A stretch of 63,977 bases of DNA, filler included, from Octopus bimaculoides (lineage: Eukaryota): NCBI RefSeq assembly GCF_001194135.2. It is 6 parts of 6 records of this genome, joined end to end, with 100 filler letters (N's around TTAATTAATTAA, not from the genome) between each part and the next. Parts side by side here need not be neighbours in the genome. Positions count along the whole stretch, not along the records: positions 47,370 to 57,287 come from NC_068989.1; positions 57,388 to 58,876 come from NC_068983.1; positions 58,977 to 63,977 come from NC_068995.1; 3 more parts are not named here. The stretch is one strand, 5' to 3'. Both the position numbers and the translations under genes were made by a program. Shown piece after piece: positions 51,783-63,977 of this stretch. Each line of letters opens with the position of its first letter. Position 1 is the stretch's first letter. The notes below the pieces were generated by a model that had not been told where the DNA came from, searched no databases, and saw only the letters and a list, made by a program, of their open reading frames with translations.

Positions 51783-52649
51783 ATTCGGTTTTTGCTGGAT
51801 TAGAGTGGTTTCATTAAATTATCAAATATGTCCTCAAACAGGGCGGTGAACTGGCAGAATCGCTANNNNNNNNNNNNNNNNNNNNNNNNNNNNNNNNNNN
51901 NNNNNNNNNNNNNNNNNNNNNNNNNNNNNNNNNNNNNNNNNNNNNNNNNNNNNNNNNNNNNNNNNNNNNNNNNNNNNNNNNNNNNNNNNNNNNNNNNNNN
52001 NNNNNNNNNNNNNNNNNNNNNNNNNNNNNNNNNNNNNNNNNNNNNNNNNNNNNNNNNNNNNNNNNNNNNNNNNNNNNNNNNNNNNNNNNNNNNNNNNNNN
52101 NNNNNNNNNNNNNNNNNNNNNNNNNNNNNNNNNNNNNNNNNNNNNNNNNNNNNNNNNNNNNNNNNNNNNNNNNNNNNNNNNNNNNNNNNNNNNNNNNNNN
52201 NNNNNNNNNNNNNNNNNNNNNNNNNNNNNNNNNNNNNNNNNNNNNNNNNNNNNNNNNNNNNNNNNNNNNNNNNNNNNNNNNNNNNNNNNNNNNNNNNNNN
52301 NNNNNNNNNNNNNNNNNNNNNNNNNNATATGTGATAAAAGCACAGATTGTCTTGATTTATTTAACATTTCAACAGTACGTGGCAAGAAAAGTACGGAACA
52401 TCAATCTATTTACACGTTTCCCTTGTTTGTATGTGGTTCAAACAAGAAAAAAATGTATTGAATCTAATATATTACTGTCAGAGCACAGATTTGCTAAAAT
52501 GACTTGAGATATTTAAACTGTTGCATTGTCATAAACCAGTAACTCTAATTACAGTTCATTGATGACGTCTTTTTTTTTAATTTAAAAAGGAACGCACCAT
52601 AATCTAGTTGAATTTTGCATTTCTCTCAAAAGAAATAAAAACTAAAAAA

Positions 52650-52900
52650 AAAAAAACATCGCTCAAAACTAATTTTGAGTTCAACAATTTTGAGTTTTGT
52701 TTTGTAGAAACTAGTATGAACTTTTTAGATACGAAATTTAAGTTCTCAGAATACAGCATAATGGTAGAACTATTTTGCAAACACAGGTTATCACACATTT
52801 ATCTTCATTACTGCTCCAATCATCCATATTGTGGGAGTAAATGAAATCCAAAGTCACAAATTTTAATAATAATAAAGATTTGATCTGATACGGATTATTG
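52650..52900 (+). mobile_element. Penelope-like RT fragment
   Basis: FLDTK..ELFCK..HIYLHYCSNHP. Confidence 0.6.
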
Positions 52901-53805
52901 GAAACACGTAAAGGGTTTTGTGCGTCACTTCAGGCTTATTGTGAATAACGAATGAAAAAATTGCAAATGACACAGCTAAAATTAATGATAGTCAACGTCT
53001 CAAATCTAATTATAGCAGACAAATTAAAATTTCTGACCATATTCCTTTAGTTATTAACTCTGACAGAAAATGCATGACAGTTATCAACATAGTTCACAAA
53101 AAATATCCCCGTTTTAAAAAGATATTTCCCCATCCGCTGATTATTGCTTTTAAGCATAACAAAATATAAGACAAATATTAAGTATTTTAGATAGCAATAA
53201 GAAAAACTCATTATTGTTTCTGAACTCTTAAAACAGTTGCAAGAAAGATAAGCGCTGTTCACTCTGCAAAAGCATGAGTCAAATCAGCACCGACACTAAA
53301 TTCTCAAAGAAATGTTAGAGCATATACAGAAGGCGGGAGCTGTAACGATTACTATTTGATGTACGCTCTATTTGGTGAATGTTCCAAAACGATTTATGTT
53401 GGTTGCACATCAATAAAATTAAGCAAAAGACTTAACGTTGATAAATATGACGTCAGTATTTTACAATAACTTTAACTGTACCAAAAATATATTTTGACTT
53501 TATTGAAATTTCAGTCATAATATCATGGAAAAACAAACATATTTGCAAATTACTAGCGTCTTGCTCTAGGTGGTATTAACAAAATGATAGAAGAGTTCTA
53601 TCAGATTTATGCAAAATATTTTGACGCACCAGTTATCTTCACATTTTCTGTTTTTTTATTTTTTGTTGGTTTAAACCACTTCCAAACAAACGAAACTTGT
53701 GAATAGATTTATGTTCTTCATGTATTTTTCATGTCTTATTTTGAAACCAAAGAAGATAGACATAATGTTGAAAATATTTACCTATGGCTCTTTTCTAATT
53801 GTTTA

Positions 53806-53911
<106 letters not shown>

Positions 53912-53912
53912 T

Positions 53913-56900
53913 GTTTTATTTGACTTTTGCTTTGCATTTGTACAAGTTGGCTCCAAGTCTCACTCAGAGACCTCAAGAGACGAGTTAGAAGTACATATTG
54001 GTGTTATGCCTGGGGTGCCATATATTTGGTTTTGTACATAGTGTTGTTCTAGAGAATGTTTAAGAAACCATAAGAAAATTATGTGTTTGTTTTAAAATTT
54101 GAGATTACATAGACAGTATTTTACGTAGGATATGGGCACTATCTTTTGAAGTTTTGCCATTTTGGTGTTTCCTGGTATCTGAGCTAGATAGCGATCAGCC
54201 CCTTTTGCTATCATTCCCAGGGCACCCATGGCAACAGGTATTGTTTTAGTCTTGAGGTTCCACATTTTGCTAATTTCTAATTCAAGATCATTATACTTGT
54301 TCAGTTTTTGGTAGGTCTTGACAGATACCTTTATACAGATTGGGGCAGTCATATCAATGAGGAGGCATGATTTTTATCTACAGTCTTTCAATATGATATC
54401 TGGCCTATTTGCATCTATCTTTCTATCAGTTTGAATGGTGAAGTTCCGGAGGAGTGAGATGTGATCATTTTCAAGTATTGGAGGTGGTTTGTGTTCCCAC
54501 CAGTTTATATCATGGGGCAAGTCCATGTTTTTAAAAATTACCTAGTGAATATATTGTGCAGCTCTATCCTGCCTGTTGAGATATTCTGTAGGCGCAAGAA
54601 GACTGCGCATGGAGACAACATGATCAATGGTTTCATTCTGTTGTTGACATACACGACATGTTGGGAAGCTGCCGTTGTTTCATATGTTGGCCTGGTAGTT
54701 CTTTGTAGGTAGGCATTGATCTTGGGCTGCTATGATAAACCCTTCTGGTTCTGATTTTAAGCCAGAAGCCATTATCCATTGATGGGTAAGGGCTGTGTCA
54801 ACATCGGCATTATTCGCTCTCTTTGGGTATTTGCCATTGAGAGGCTTTTCTTGCCCTTTATCAGTCAGAATATTTAAGGCAGCAGTTTTAGCATGGTTTT
54901 TCATGGGCTTAGCTTTTTCTGCGCTTGTTTCTAGTACGTCTAATTCTGGAATTTGTTGTATTTGGAATTCACTTAGATATTACTTTGCCTGTTTTGTTAC
55001 TGAGAATGATGCTTTCTTGTTTTCATGCTTTGAGATAAGTTTTAACATCCAGTCCTCAGAGTTTTTCAGGTAGGAGTCTAGGCCAGTTGTAGTAATCTTC
55101 ATTGCTAATGCCAGTTGTAAAAGTCCACAGCCTCCCTCTTTTCTTGGCAGGTAAAGTCGTTCTGTATCTGCCTTAAAGTCGTGCATTCTATGCGTTATCA
55201 ACAGTTTTCGTATTTTTCTGTCAATATTACATATTTCAGTAATTGACCAGTTAATGATATTGAAGCTGTAAGTCACGACTGGTATGCCTAAAGCATTGAT
55301 CGCTTCGATCTTGTTTCTTGCATTTAGCTCTGTCTTCAGTATGTCTCTCACCCTGCGATAACATTCTCTTCTGATCCTTTCCCTCATAACTGCATGTTTG
55401 ATTCCGTCCCTTTCAACTGTCCCTAGGTATTTGTAGCTCTTCGCTGGTTCTAACTCTTTTATGACATTCCGCTGGTCACGGTTAACATTAGATGTTTCTG
55501 TCATTTTTTCTTTGATGAAAGTAGCTTTTGCACGCTTATCGAGGCCAAATTGCATCCTGATGTTATCACTGAATTGTTTGACAATCGCTAGTAAGCCTTT
55601 GAGTTGTTGTTAATTTTTTGCAAAGAGCCTTAAATCATGCGTGTAAATGAGATGATATATATTTTAATCAAACATTTTATAACCGTACTGTGCATCATTG
55701 AGCAATTTTGAGAGAGGTATTGAGGCTAGACAAAAAAGGAGTGGTGATAGTGAATCACCCTGGAAAATGCCACATGAAATTTTTACATCTCCAGCATTTA
55801 GAGATTCCTTGTCACTGTTCAAAGTCAGTGTGATTCTCCATGATCTCATACTTACAAACAAAAAGTTTCGCAGCGTAGGCGCTATTTTATAAATTTCCTG
55901 ACATTTCTTAATCCAGCTATGTTGTAGGCTATCAAAAGCTTTTTTATAGTCTTTCGAGGCTATTGACAAGTTTTTGTGTCGTTTGTGACAATCTTCTAAG
56001 ATCATCTTATTGATGAGTAGCTGATCTTTACAATCATAAGATCCACGTTTACATCCTTTTTGCTCATTAGGGAATATGCTATTTTCTATTAAAAAACTAT
56101 AGGTATATTTAGTTAGGACAGATGTTAGCGTTTTATACATTGTTGTTAAGTAGGTTATGGGTCTATAATTTTTTGTTCATTTGTTTCTTCATTCTTTGGA
56201 AGTAAGAATGTTAAACCATTAACTAGCCAAGAGAGCATCATACTAGGATTTTGCAAAACATCGTTGTAAAGTTTTGTTAGCAGTTCATGGCTCTCTGGGA
56301 AGGCATTCAAACAGAAGTTAGGAATTTTATCCTTTCCTGGAGACTCCAGTTTGCTTGACCTCCAGAGAGCAGATCTTATATCTTCTACTTTGACACCCTC
56401 TCACTTTTGCTCCTCTAAGGAGTCTAAGTCTGTAGATATTCTATCAATCGATAAAATGTGTTTTTTCTTCTGCCCAAATTTTATTCCAAAATTCCTGCAC
56501 TTCTTTTGGTGGGACAGACTTTACTGCAACTGGTGTTTTATTTGTGGGGAAATATATAGCATAGTAGAAGGCCGTAAGAACTTATTTATTATCTTCCCTA
56601 GACCATTTTTCATTCTTTCTCTTTTGGTTATTTGATGACGAGCATGGATGGCTATCTGTTGGAATATTCCGGTTGTGGGGTACTTCCAGCTCCTGGGTGT
56701 CGGGAAGATTTGAACTAGTAGCTGATTTTTCGCCTCGAATCTGGTTCAACATTCGAGTATGCGGTCCTTTGTAATCCGGTCGATGACCATTTCGGTTTGT
56801 ATTTTGCTTTGATAACAGTGAGGCATGATGAGCTTCGACGTTGACATTAGGGGACGGATCTGTCTGTTTCGGGTCAATCTTTGGAGACAACACCGTCACC

Positions 56901-57163
56901 GAGTTCTCTGCATGTAAATATTGCTCGTAACGTAGCTTCTTAAGGCTAACAGATCTGTTTTCGTCTGTATTTGTTTTGATAGATTTATCTCCGAGCATAG
57001 TTTTTTTGTGGTGTTTTTAAACTTATGAATGGTTCACTCTGTCTGTTTTAGTTCGAAAAATGAAAATAAAAATTAAAAAATAAGAATAAAAAGAAAGAAA
57101 AAAGAAAAAGCTTTGTTTTTGTTTCGTTTGTGACACGCGTTTTTATATGCGTGTGTCCTGTAA

Positions 57164-57164
<1 letters not shown>
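53913..57164 (-). mobile_element. R4/Dong-clade non-LTR retrotransposon (RT plus restriction-like endonuclease), about 3.2 kb, frameshifted
   Basis: QKGCKRGS..KDQLLINK..DYKKAFDS..GIFQGDSLSPLLFCL; LKSEPEGFIIAAQDQ; KYNDLELEISKMW..IPVAMGALG; (ATT)n on both sides. Confidence 0.9.
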
Positions 57165-57262
<98 letters not shown>

Positions 57263-57331
57263 CATCATTATTATTATCATTATTGTTNNNNNNNNNNNNN
57301 NNNNNNNNNNNNNNNNNNNNNNNNNNNNNNN

Positions 57332-57343
57332 TTAATTAATTAA
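57332..57343. other. Assembly spacer TTAATTAATTAA in a 100-bp N gap
   Basis: N44-spacer-N44. Confidence 0.9.
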
Positions 57344-57387
57344 NNNNNNNNNNNNNNNNNNNNNNNNNNNNNNNNNNNNNNNNNNNN

Positions 57388-57431
<44 letters not shown>

Positions 57432-58314
57432 ATATATATATATACAAAGAGGGAGAAAAACAGACAGACATCCACAGCATCTGATCTGCGCGATTAGGGC
57501 TGAAGGAGACTATGGCACAGTAACAACAATAACAAGAACATCACGATATCACTAATATAATTCCTAACAATAATGTCCTCGGCCGTGGTAGAAAGACCCT
57601 TGATCAAAAGCTTACTCAATCAAAGCTAACCTGGGGCTAAGCAATTACAACAACACAAGCCCTACCACTAACAACCCAGTAGCTCTGCTCCTATTACCAC
57701 ATCAACATCACAACGACCACGTCAATCTCAAGCTAAGAACATACCACCATCAACACCTACACAACCATCAGCATTACAAGCACTATCATCATGAACATTA
57801 TAAACACCAACAAACGTGATACAACGACCATTGCCGATACAGTCGATTCCACTAGCCTCAACACTTCTACCATTACAACCAAAATGCCGCACTACCAGAC
57901 ATCAAACATGTTCAGACAGGTATGTTCACCTGTCGTAATACAGCTCATTAGTAAGCCATCTGCCACCCCCTAACCTCTAAACAAACACCTTTCTTTCCCT
58001 GCCTTCGCTCCACTCATCAACTACCTTCTTCAAACAATTTCGGTTCGAGACCGATCCCTTGAAAAACAATCGTTACAGCAACGTCATTAACGCTGCCTAC
58101 CAACACCACTGCCACCACCTCCTCCAGCTTATTCACCTCCTCAGCAGCTAACTTCTCCAACACCGCCTACATTCCCATGCTAACAGCGCCATTACCAACG
58201 CCAGTATTAACATCGCCACCAACACCACTGCTAAACAACCAGCAACACCATCTCATATCCACTTTTCTTTTTTACACTTTTTTCTCCTTTGCACTGAGTG
58301 ACATTGCTCTTATA

Positions 58315-58397
<83 letters not shown>

Positions 58398-58404
58398 CGA
58401 TGAT

Positions 58405-58580
58405 TTCAAAGTTTGGCACAAGGCCAGCAAGTTGGTAGGGAGGAATAGGTGTAAGTCGATTACATTGATGCTAGTGCTTAACTGGTACTTATTTTATTGG
58501 CCCCGGAAGGAAGAAAGGCAAGGTCGACCTCGGCGGAATTTGAAACCAGAACGTAAAGACGGACGAAGTGTCGCTAAACA
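58405..58580 (-). mobile_element. SINE family 2 copy
   Basis: GGCAAGGTCGACCTCGGCGGAATTTGAA..GAACGTAAAGACGGACG. Confidence 0.85.
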
Positions 58581-58844
58581 TATTACAATGTATATTACAA
58601 TGGATAATACCAAGTAGACTCCCTCTTTTTCTCTCTCATGTTTCTCTCTCTTTTGCTTTTTTCTTGGTGACTTCTTCTTTGTGATATAATGCTTGGGAAA
58701 GAATATATTTGCGGATGAAGATAGCTTTGTACCATCCTGTGTATCAATTATATACCCATATAATGATGCAACGACTGTTTGTGTATAAAGCTTGAAACAC
58801 GTGTACCGCGGAATCCTTTGTGTTCTGTTTTAATTTTACGTTTT

Positions 58845-58876
<32 letters not shown>

Positions 58877-58920
58877 NNNNNNNNNNNNNNNNNNNNNNNN
58901 NNNNNNNNNNNNNNNNNNNN

Positions 58921-58932
58921 TTAATTAATTAA
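58921..58932. other. Assembly spacer TTAATTAATTAA in a 100-bp N gap
   Basis: N44-spacer-N44. Confidence 0.9.
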
Positions 58933-59110
58933 NNNNNNNNNNNNNNNNNNNNNNNNNNNNNNNNNNNNNNNNNNNNGCGACAATTCTATGAACAAAGACT
59001 TTACGAAGGTGAAAATAGTGAGATCGAATCTTACTAAAGATTCAAAGTACATTCTTCTTCTTCTTCTTCTTCTTCTTCTTCTTCTTCTTCTTCTTCTTCT
59101 TCTTCTTCTT

Positions 59111-59143
<33 letters not shown>

Positions 59144-60261
59144 TTGCTACTGCTACTACTACGACTACTACAACTACTGCTGCTGCTGCTACTGTGGGCC
59201 AGTCAGTGCTTAGCATGATCGTACGAGCACTGTGGGTTACCATACGCAACATCCTACCGGACAACCTCTTCAAACGCAAAGTTGTGCTCCAGCATGGCCC
59301 CTGTCACTTTGCCGCCGCCAATAACAAAACCACTACCACCATCACCAACATCATCATCACCATCATCATCTTTGCCAACACCCAATCCGCTACGAATAGC
59401 ACTGCTACTTCAATCCCACCGTCACCATCGCGACATTTACCCCATCCATCACCAACACAACCACTACTACGGTTGTCGTGACTACCAATCCCAACATGAC
59501 CACCATCGCTAACAACATCACCAGCAATACCGACCCCGTGCCCAACAATACTTTACTTTCATGACAGCCAGCGCTAAAATTAATACCTGTAATCACAGCT
59601 TCAGCCAAACCTGTTACCACTACATCCAGCACTACTACGAAATGCGCTGCCAACACCACCACTACCACCACCATCATCAATACCACTACTATCATTCCTA
59701 CCAATGAACGCAACAGCCGAAACAAGGCTATGAACCAACAAGCGATTACGAGCCGAAAGGGGGGTGGTTACTATCAGGGTGCTTGATTTGCTAGAAATGA
59801 TGGCCAAATCTCTTTGAAATTCTTTCTCTTAAGAAAGAGAGAAGAGCGTGTTTTATAATTTACTTCTGGTCACGGTCGGGATGCGGATGGCTGATCTGCA
59901 TTTAAACAACAAGGATAATAACACCAGCAGACTTGCTTGAAATAGTGACTAAATCTCTTTGAAATTTTTTCTCTTTAAAAAGAGGAGAGCGTCAACAGCC
60001 TTTTGTTTGCTCGATCAAACTGACCTCCGGTTAAACAACATTAACAGGCAAAATTATGACAGTAACGTAAACGCCCTTGTTTTGCTGACCGAGATCAATG
60101 TAACTTTATGTGAAAATTTGATACGCGCCGTTGAATATGATTGAAACTCACGGTTTCTTCTTTTCTTTCCGCTCGTTCACTTCAGCTGAACTATAACGAA
60201 TTTTGTTCATATATTACAATACCCACGTCGATGACACATTGCTCTTAAGACAAATATTGTT

Positions 60262-60510
60262 TTCAAATTTTGGTCCAAGGTCAGTGAGTTCGAGTGAAAG
60301 TGTATGTTGATTACATCGACTCCAGCATTCAACTGGTATTTATTTTATCAACCTCGAAAGAATAAGAGGCAGAGACGACCTCGGCGGAATTTGTCTCTAA
60401 CCACAAATCTGGTTTCAAATTTTGGCACAAGACCAGCAGTGAAGACGGACGAAATGCCGCTAAGCATTTTGTCCTGCGTGTAAACGAGTCCGCCAGCTCG
60501 CCGCCTTACT
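60262..60510 (-). mobile_element. SINE family 2 copy with an internal insertion of its own tail
   Basis: Ends ..GCCAGCTCGCCGCCTT; TTCAAATTTTGG(T/C)(C/A)CAAG occurs twice. Confidence 0.8.
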
Positions 60511-61220
60511 CTCGGTACAAGTATTAACACAATGATGTCTCACATCTGTAAACTAGGCTGCAGAGGCCCCACGAGATATTTTATGAAGTAGAACAAGACT
60601 GCGTTCAGCACCCAACAGGAAGCAGGGAATCCTTTCAAAATTCAATGGTCAATGAGTTTTTTATATTGCTTTTTATTTATTTATTTTATTTTAGAGAACG
60701 TTCTATCAGATATACACAGGCTCTTATTTGGCTCTCCGGGCCCTAGGATGATGTGCTGGCTGAACTAACCTATTAAAGGCCCTGATAGGGAGTTAAAAAA
60801 TCTTTGATGACTTGCGAGTACTCCAGACCAAAGATTATGGGACACCAGTGCTGTTTGTAGCGCTGTTTAAAATGTAAAACGATGAACAAAACAGATTGGT
60901 AGAGATCTTTAGAGCAACGGATAGAATTCTTTATGGCATGTGTTTTGATTGTGTGCGATCGGAGTTTAAATCCCGTTGAAGTCAGCTGTGCCTTTTCGTC
61001 CATTCAGGGTCAATGGGAAAAAAAAAAGATACCATTCCAGCTGGGTCAAATAGCGAGAGAATGTGAAAAGCAGAGAGATAAGTGTAGAATGGTAGCTAGA
61101 TAGATAATGTGTGGTTGTGTGCGCGCGTGCGTATTTAGCTGGTTGATGAACACTTCAAAGCTGTGCTCCAATATGGCCACAGAATCAAGTAAAAGACTTT
61201 CAAAACTATATAATAGGCAT

Positions 61221-61288
<68 letters not shown>

Positions 61289-61971
61289 GCATGGCTACTG
61301 AATCAAGTGATATAATTTAAAATATATATTATGTGTATTGATAGAAAGATAGATAGATAGATAGGTACATAGATAGACACATAAATAAAGCGATGTATAT
61401 ATATATATNNNNNNNNNNNNNNNNNNNNNNNNNNNNNNNNNNNNNNNNNNNNNNNNNNNNNNNNNNNNNNNNNNNNNNNNNNNNNNNNNNNNNNNNNNNN
61501 NNNNNNNNNNNNNNNNNNNNNNNNNNNNNNNNNNNNNNNNNNNNNNNNNNNNNNNNNNNNNNNNNNNNNNNNNNNNNNNNNNNNNNNNNNNNNNNNNNNN
61601 NNNNNNNNNNNNNNNNNNNNNNNNNNNNNNNNNNNNNNNNNNNNNNNGAAGAAGAGAAAGTGATAAAGGTAAAGTAAGAGCTGGCTGCTGAAACGAAGAA
61701 AGTAATTGTAAAGAAAAGAGTAAAAAGCGGAAAGCAATGGACTCCATTATAGAGATTTAGTGAAAACTTCAGTGAAAGGAGAAAATGTCGTCCATCACGT
61801 GGTTGGGAAAGTAGGGAGGGACGGAGGTAGGGAGAGAGAAGTTGAAGTTAATATCGGGTCAGAGGTCATGCTGTGTCATAATTTTGTTCAAAACTTGACA
61901 GGTCATGTGGTGTTAAAGGGTTGTCTATGTAAATTTTCAGTTTCTTTCTCCACCTCATTGGTGACACACAC

Positions 61972-62020
<49 letters not shown>

Positions 62021-62185
62021 ACACACACATCACACACACACACATTTATACATATACGTATATATGTATATGTATTTATGCAAATATGATTATACACATC
62101 CAAGCATATAACACATACTGATACATACACAAAATAACGAAAAGGCATACTGAGCTATAAACAGAAATACATACATACACAAACG

Positions 62186-62242
<57 letters not shown>

Positions 62243-62330
62243 NNNNNNNNNNCACACACACACACACACACATACCTACCTATCTACCTACCTACCTACC
62301 TACCTACCTGCATACATACATATATATATA

Positions 62331-62490
62331 GAAGTTTGTGGTAAGAAGTTTGTTTTCCAAGCACATGGTTCCGGGTTCAAACCCACTGAGTGACACTTAG
62401 GGAAAGTGTCTTCTACTATTACCTCAGGCCGATTAAAGCTTAGTGACTGGATTTCGTAGACGAAACTGAAAGAAACCCATCGTATATATA
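62331..62490 (+). mobile_element. SINE family 1 copy
   Basis: CACATGGTTCCGGGTTCAAACCCACTG..GAAACTGAAAGAAACCC plus TA tail. Confidence 0.87.
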
Positions 62491-62582
62491 TATATATATA
62501 TATAGGGGAATTCACGAAAAAACAACAGGTGGTGTAAACAACAAATGGATGTATTAGTATAACGCTCGGGAATGGAAAAAGT

Positions 62583-62618
62583 CTTTAACGTTTCGAGCCT
62601 ACGCTCTTCAACAGAAAG
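62583..62618 (-). ncRNA. Minimal hammerhead-like variant (family D, CUGUUGA core)
   Basis: CUUU CUGUUGA A GAGC-GUAG-GCUC GAAAC GUU AAAG. Confidence 0.55.
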
Positions 62619-62689
62619 TAACACAGAAAGAAATAAGGAGAGAAACAAGGAGAAAAAAAAAATATATGTGTAGTGGTCAGCGATCTATC

Positions 62690-62721
<32 letters not shown>

Positions 62722-63089
62722 GGATAAGATCGATATTTAAATACCGATCTTATCAAGTGACCAGCATGGGAATAAAAACCATGAAAGGTAATAATTATTC
62801 AAAATTATAATTTAGGGTTTCTGAGAGATACCACCACGCTGGAAATAGTAGTCAAAGCTTGACTCTAAAACCACAATAAATGTTCATATAGCACCAGGAG
62901 AGAAGACGAAGGGACGAAATAAACTAGCAAAAATTAGCAAAATAAACTAGCATTGTATATTCCACTGATGAGGCAAAGCATTTCTTATGCAGAACCAAAA
63001 ATCCGGAATCTGGAATTATCCAGTAATTTTTGCTAGTGTATTGCCGCCACCCATTGACTGAAACAAGTAAGAGATTATATGCCACTGAA

Positions 63090-63400
63090 TCACTGTATCG
63101 ATCAGACCACCAGATGCCGTTATACACCGCTGGTCACAATGCGCTTCCAGTTCCGTCTTAATTGCGCCGTTCTTTTCCAGGTTGACTCAAATTGCTTGAC
63201 AAAATCGTCTTCCCAGCGTCGTGGAGGTCTTCCAAGAGGATTTTCCCGATCACTTGAACACCACTCTGATACTGCACATTTGTCTGTGAAATTTCCAGCC
63301 CAGTGTTCTGCGTTCACATCGTTCATTTCGCTCTGTTCTCGAATTATCTCATTTCCAAAATGCTCTCGTAACGGTTTTCCTAGATTATATATAAGAAGTA
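63090..63400 (-). mobile_element. RTE LINE 3' fragment
   Basis: HWAG..EW..RENPLGRPPRRWEDDF..W. Confidence 0.8.
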
Positions 63401-63897
63401 AAAAGATATAGATGCACCCTGAAACCTAATTTTCTGTCATTTCGCTGAGCGCTTTGCTTAAACTCCTGCACCATAAAAATATTTTCGTTATATCTACTAA
63501 ATATTTAATATTGTATCAAACTTCTGAATTTCGTTATTAATGTTTGAATCAGAATATTTTAAAGTATTTTCACTGAATTTTCACTTTATACATAGATATT
63601 CATCACAGATATTCACTTTATACGTAGATATTCACTTTATACATAGATATTCATCTACCGTAGATTGTCCCGATGGCGGCGCGTATAAAAACCATTTACA
63701 TTATTTTATTATCGGCTGACGAAGGTGAAGGGTAAATGTATGAATTTAAATATTCATTTCTAGTAAAAAAGAAAAAAAAGGTCTTTTCTAAATTATGTAT
63801 GCATGCAAATATACATACATGCACACACACACATATGTATACGTACCTATATATATGTGTGTATGTACGTATATGTATGTGTGTGTATGTATGTGTG

Positions 63898-63945
<48 letters not shown>

Positions 63946-63977
63946 AATATATACATATGCATACGCACATATAGATA

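Noticed and set aside
57440-59720. Thr/Pro-rich mucin-like coding sequence
   Set aside because: Degenerate (ACC/ACA/CAT)n low complexity with frequent stops and no splice signals.

Overview
Eukaryotic, intron-rich, AT-rich DNA from a gapped draft assembly. The SINE families and the (TA)n/(CA)n/(TATG)n/(GAT)n density suggest an octopus; this is inference, not a database match. The only host gene I can support is a + strand metazoan chitin synthase with 8 exons between 22730 and 46082. The last six join in frame. The exon carrying ATMWHE and the exons carrying EDR/QRRRW are not visible. Everything else is TE debris (CR1-, RTE-, L1/Tx1- and R4/Dong-like LINEs, Penelope-like remnants, mariner and DD37D transposons, MITEs, several tRNA-derived SINE families), microsatellites and N gaps. 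Five gaps carry an artificial TTAATTAATTAA spacer. The most notable unannotated signal is five hammerhead-ribozyme-like motifs in about four families, probably Penelope-derived. Two copies of one type I family (7392-7465 minus, 40097-40168 plus) show compensatory base changes. One motif sits in the tail of a tRNA-headed element. Almost all ORFs in the supplied track are microsatellite or N artefacts.
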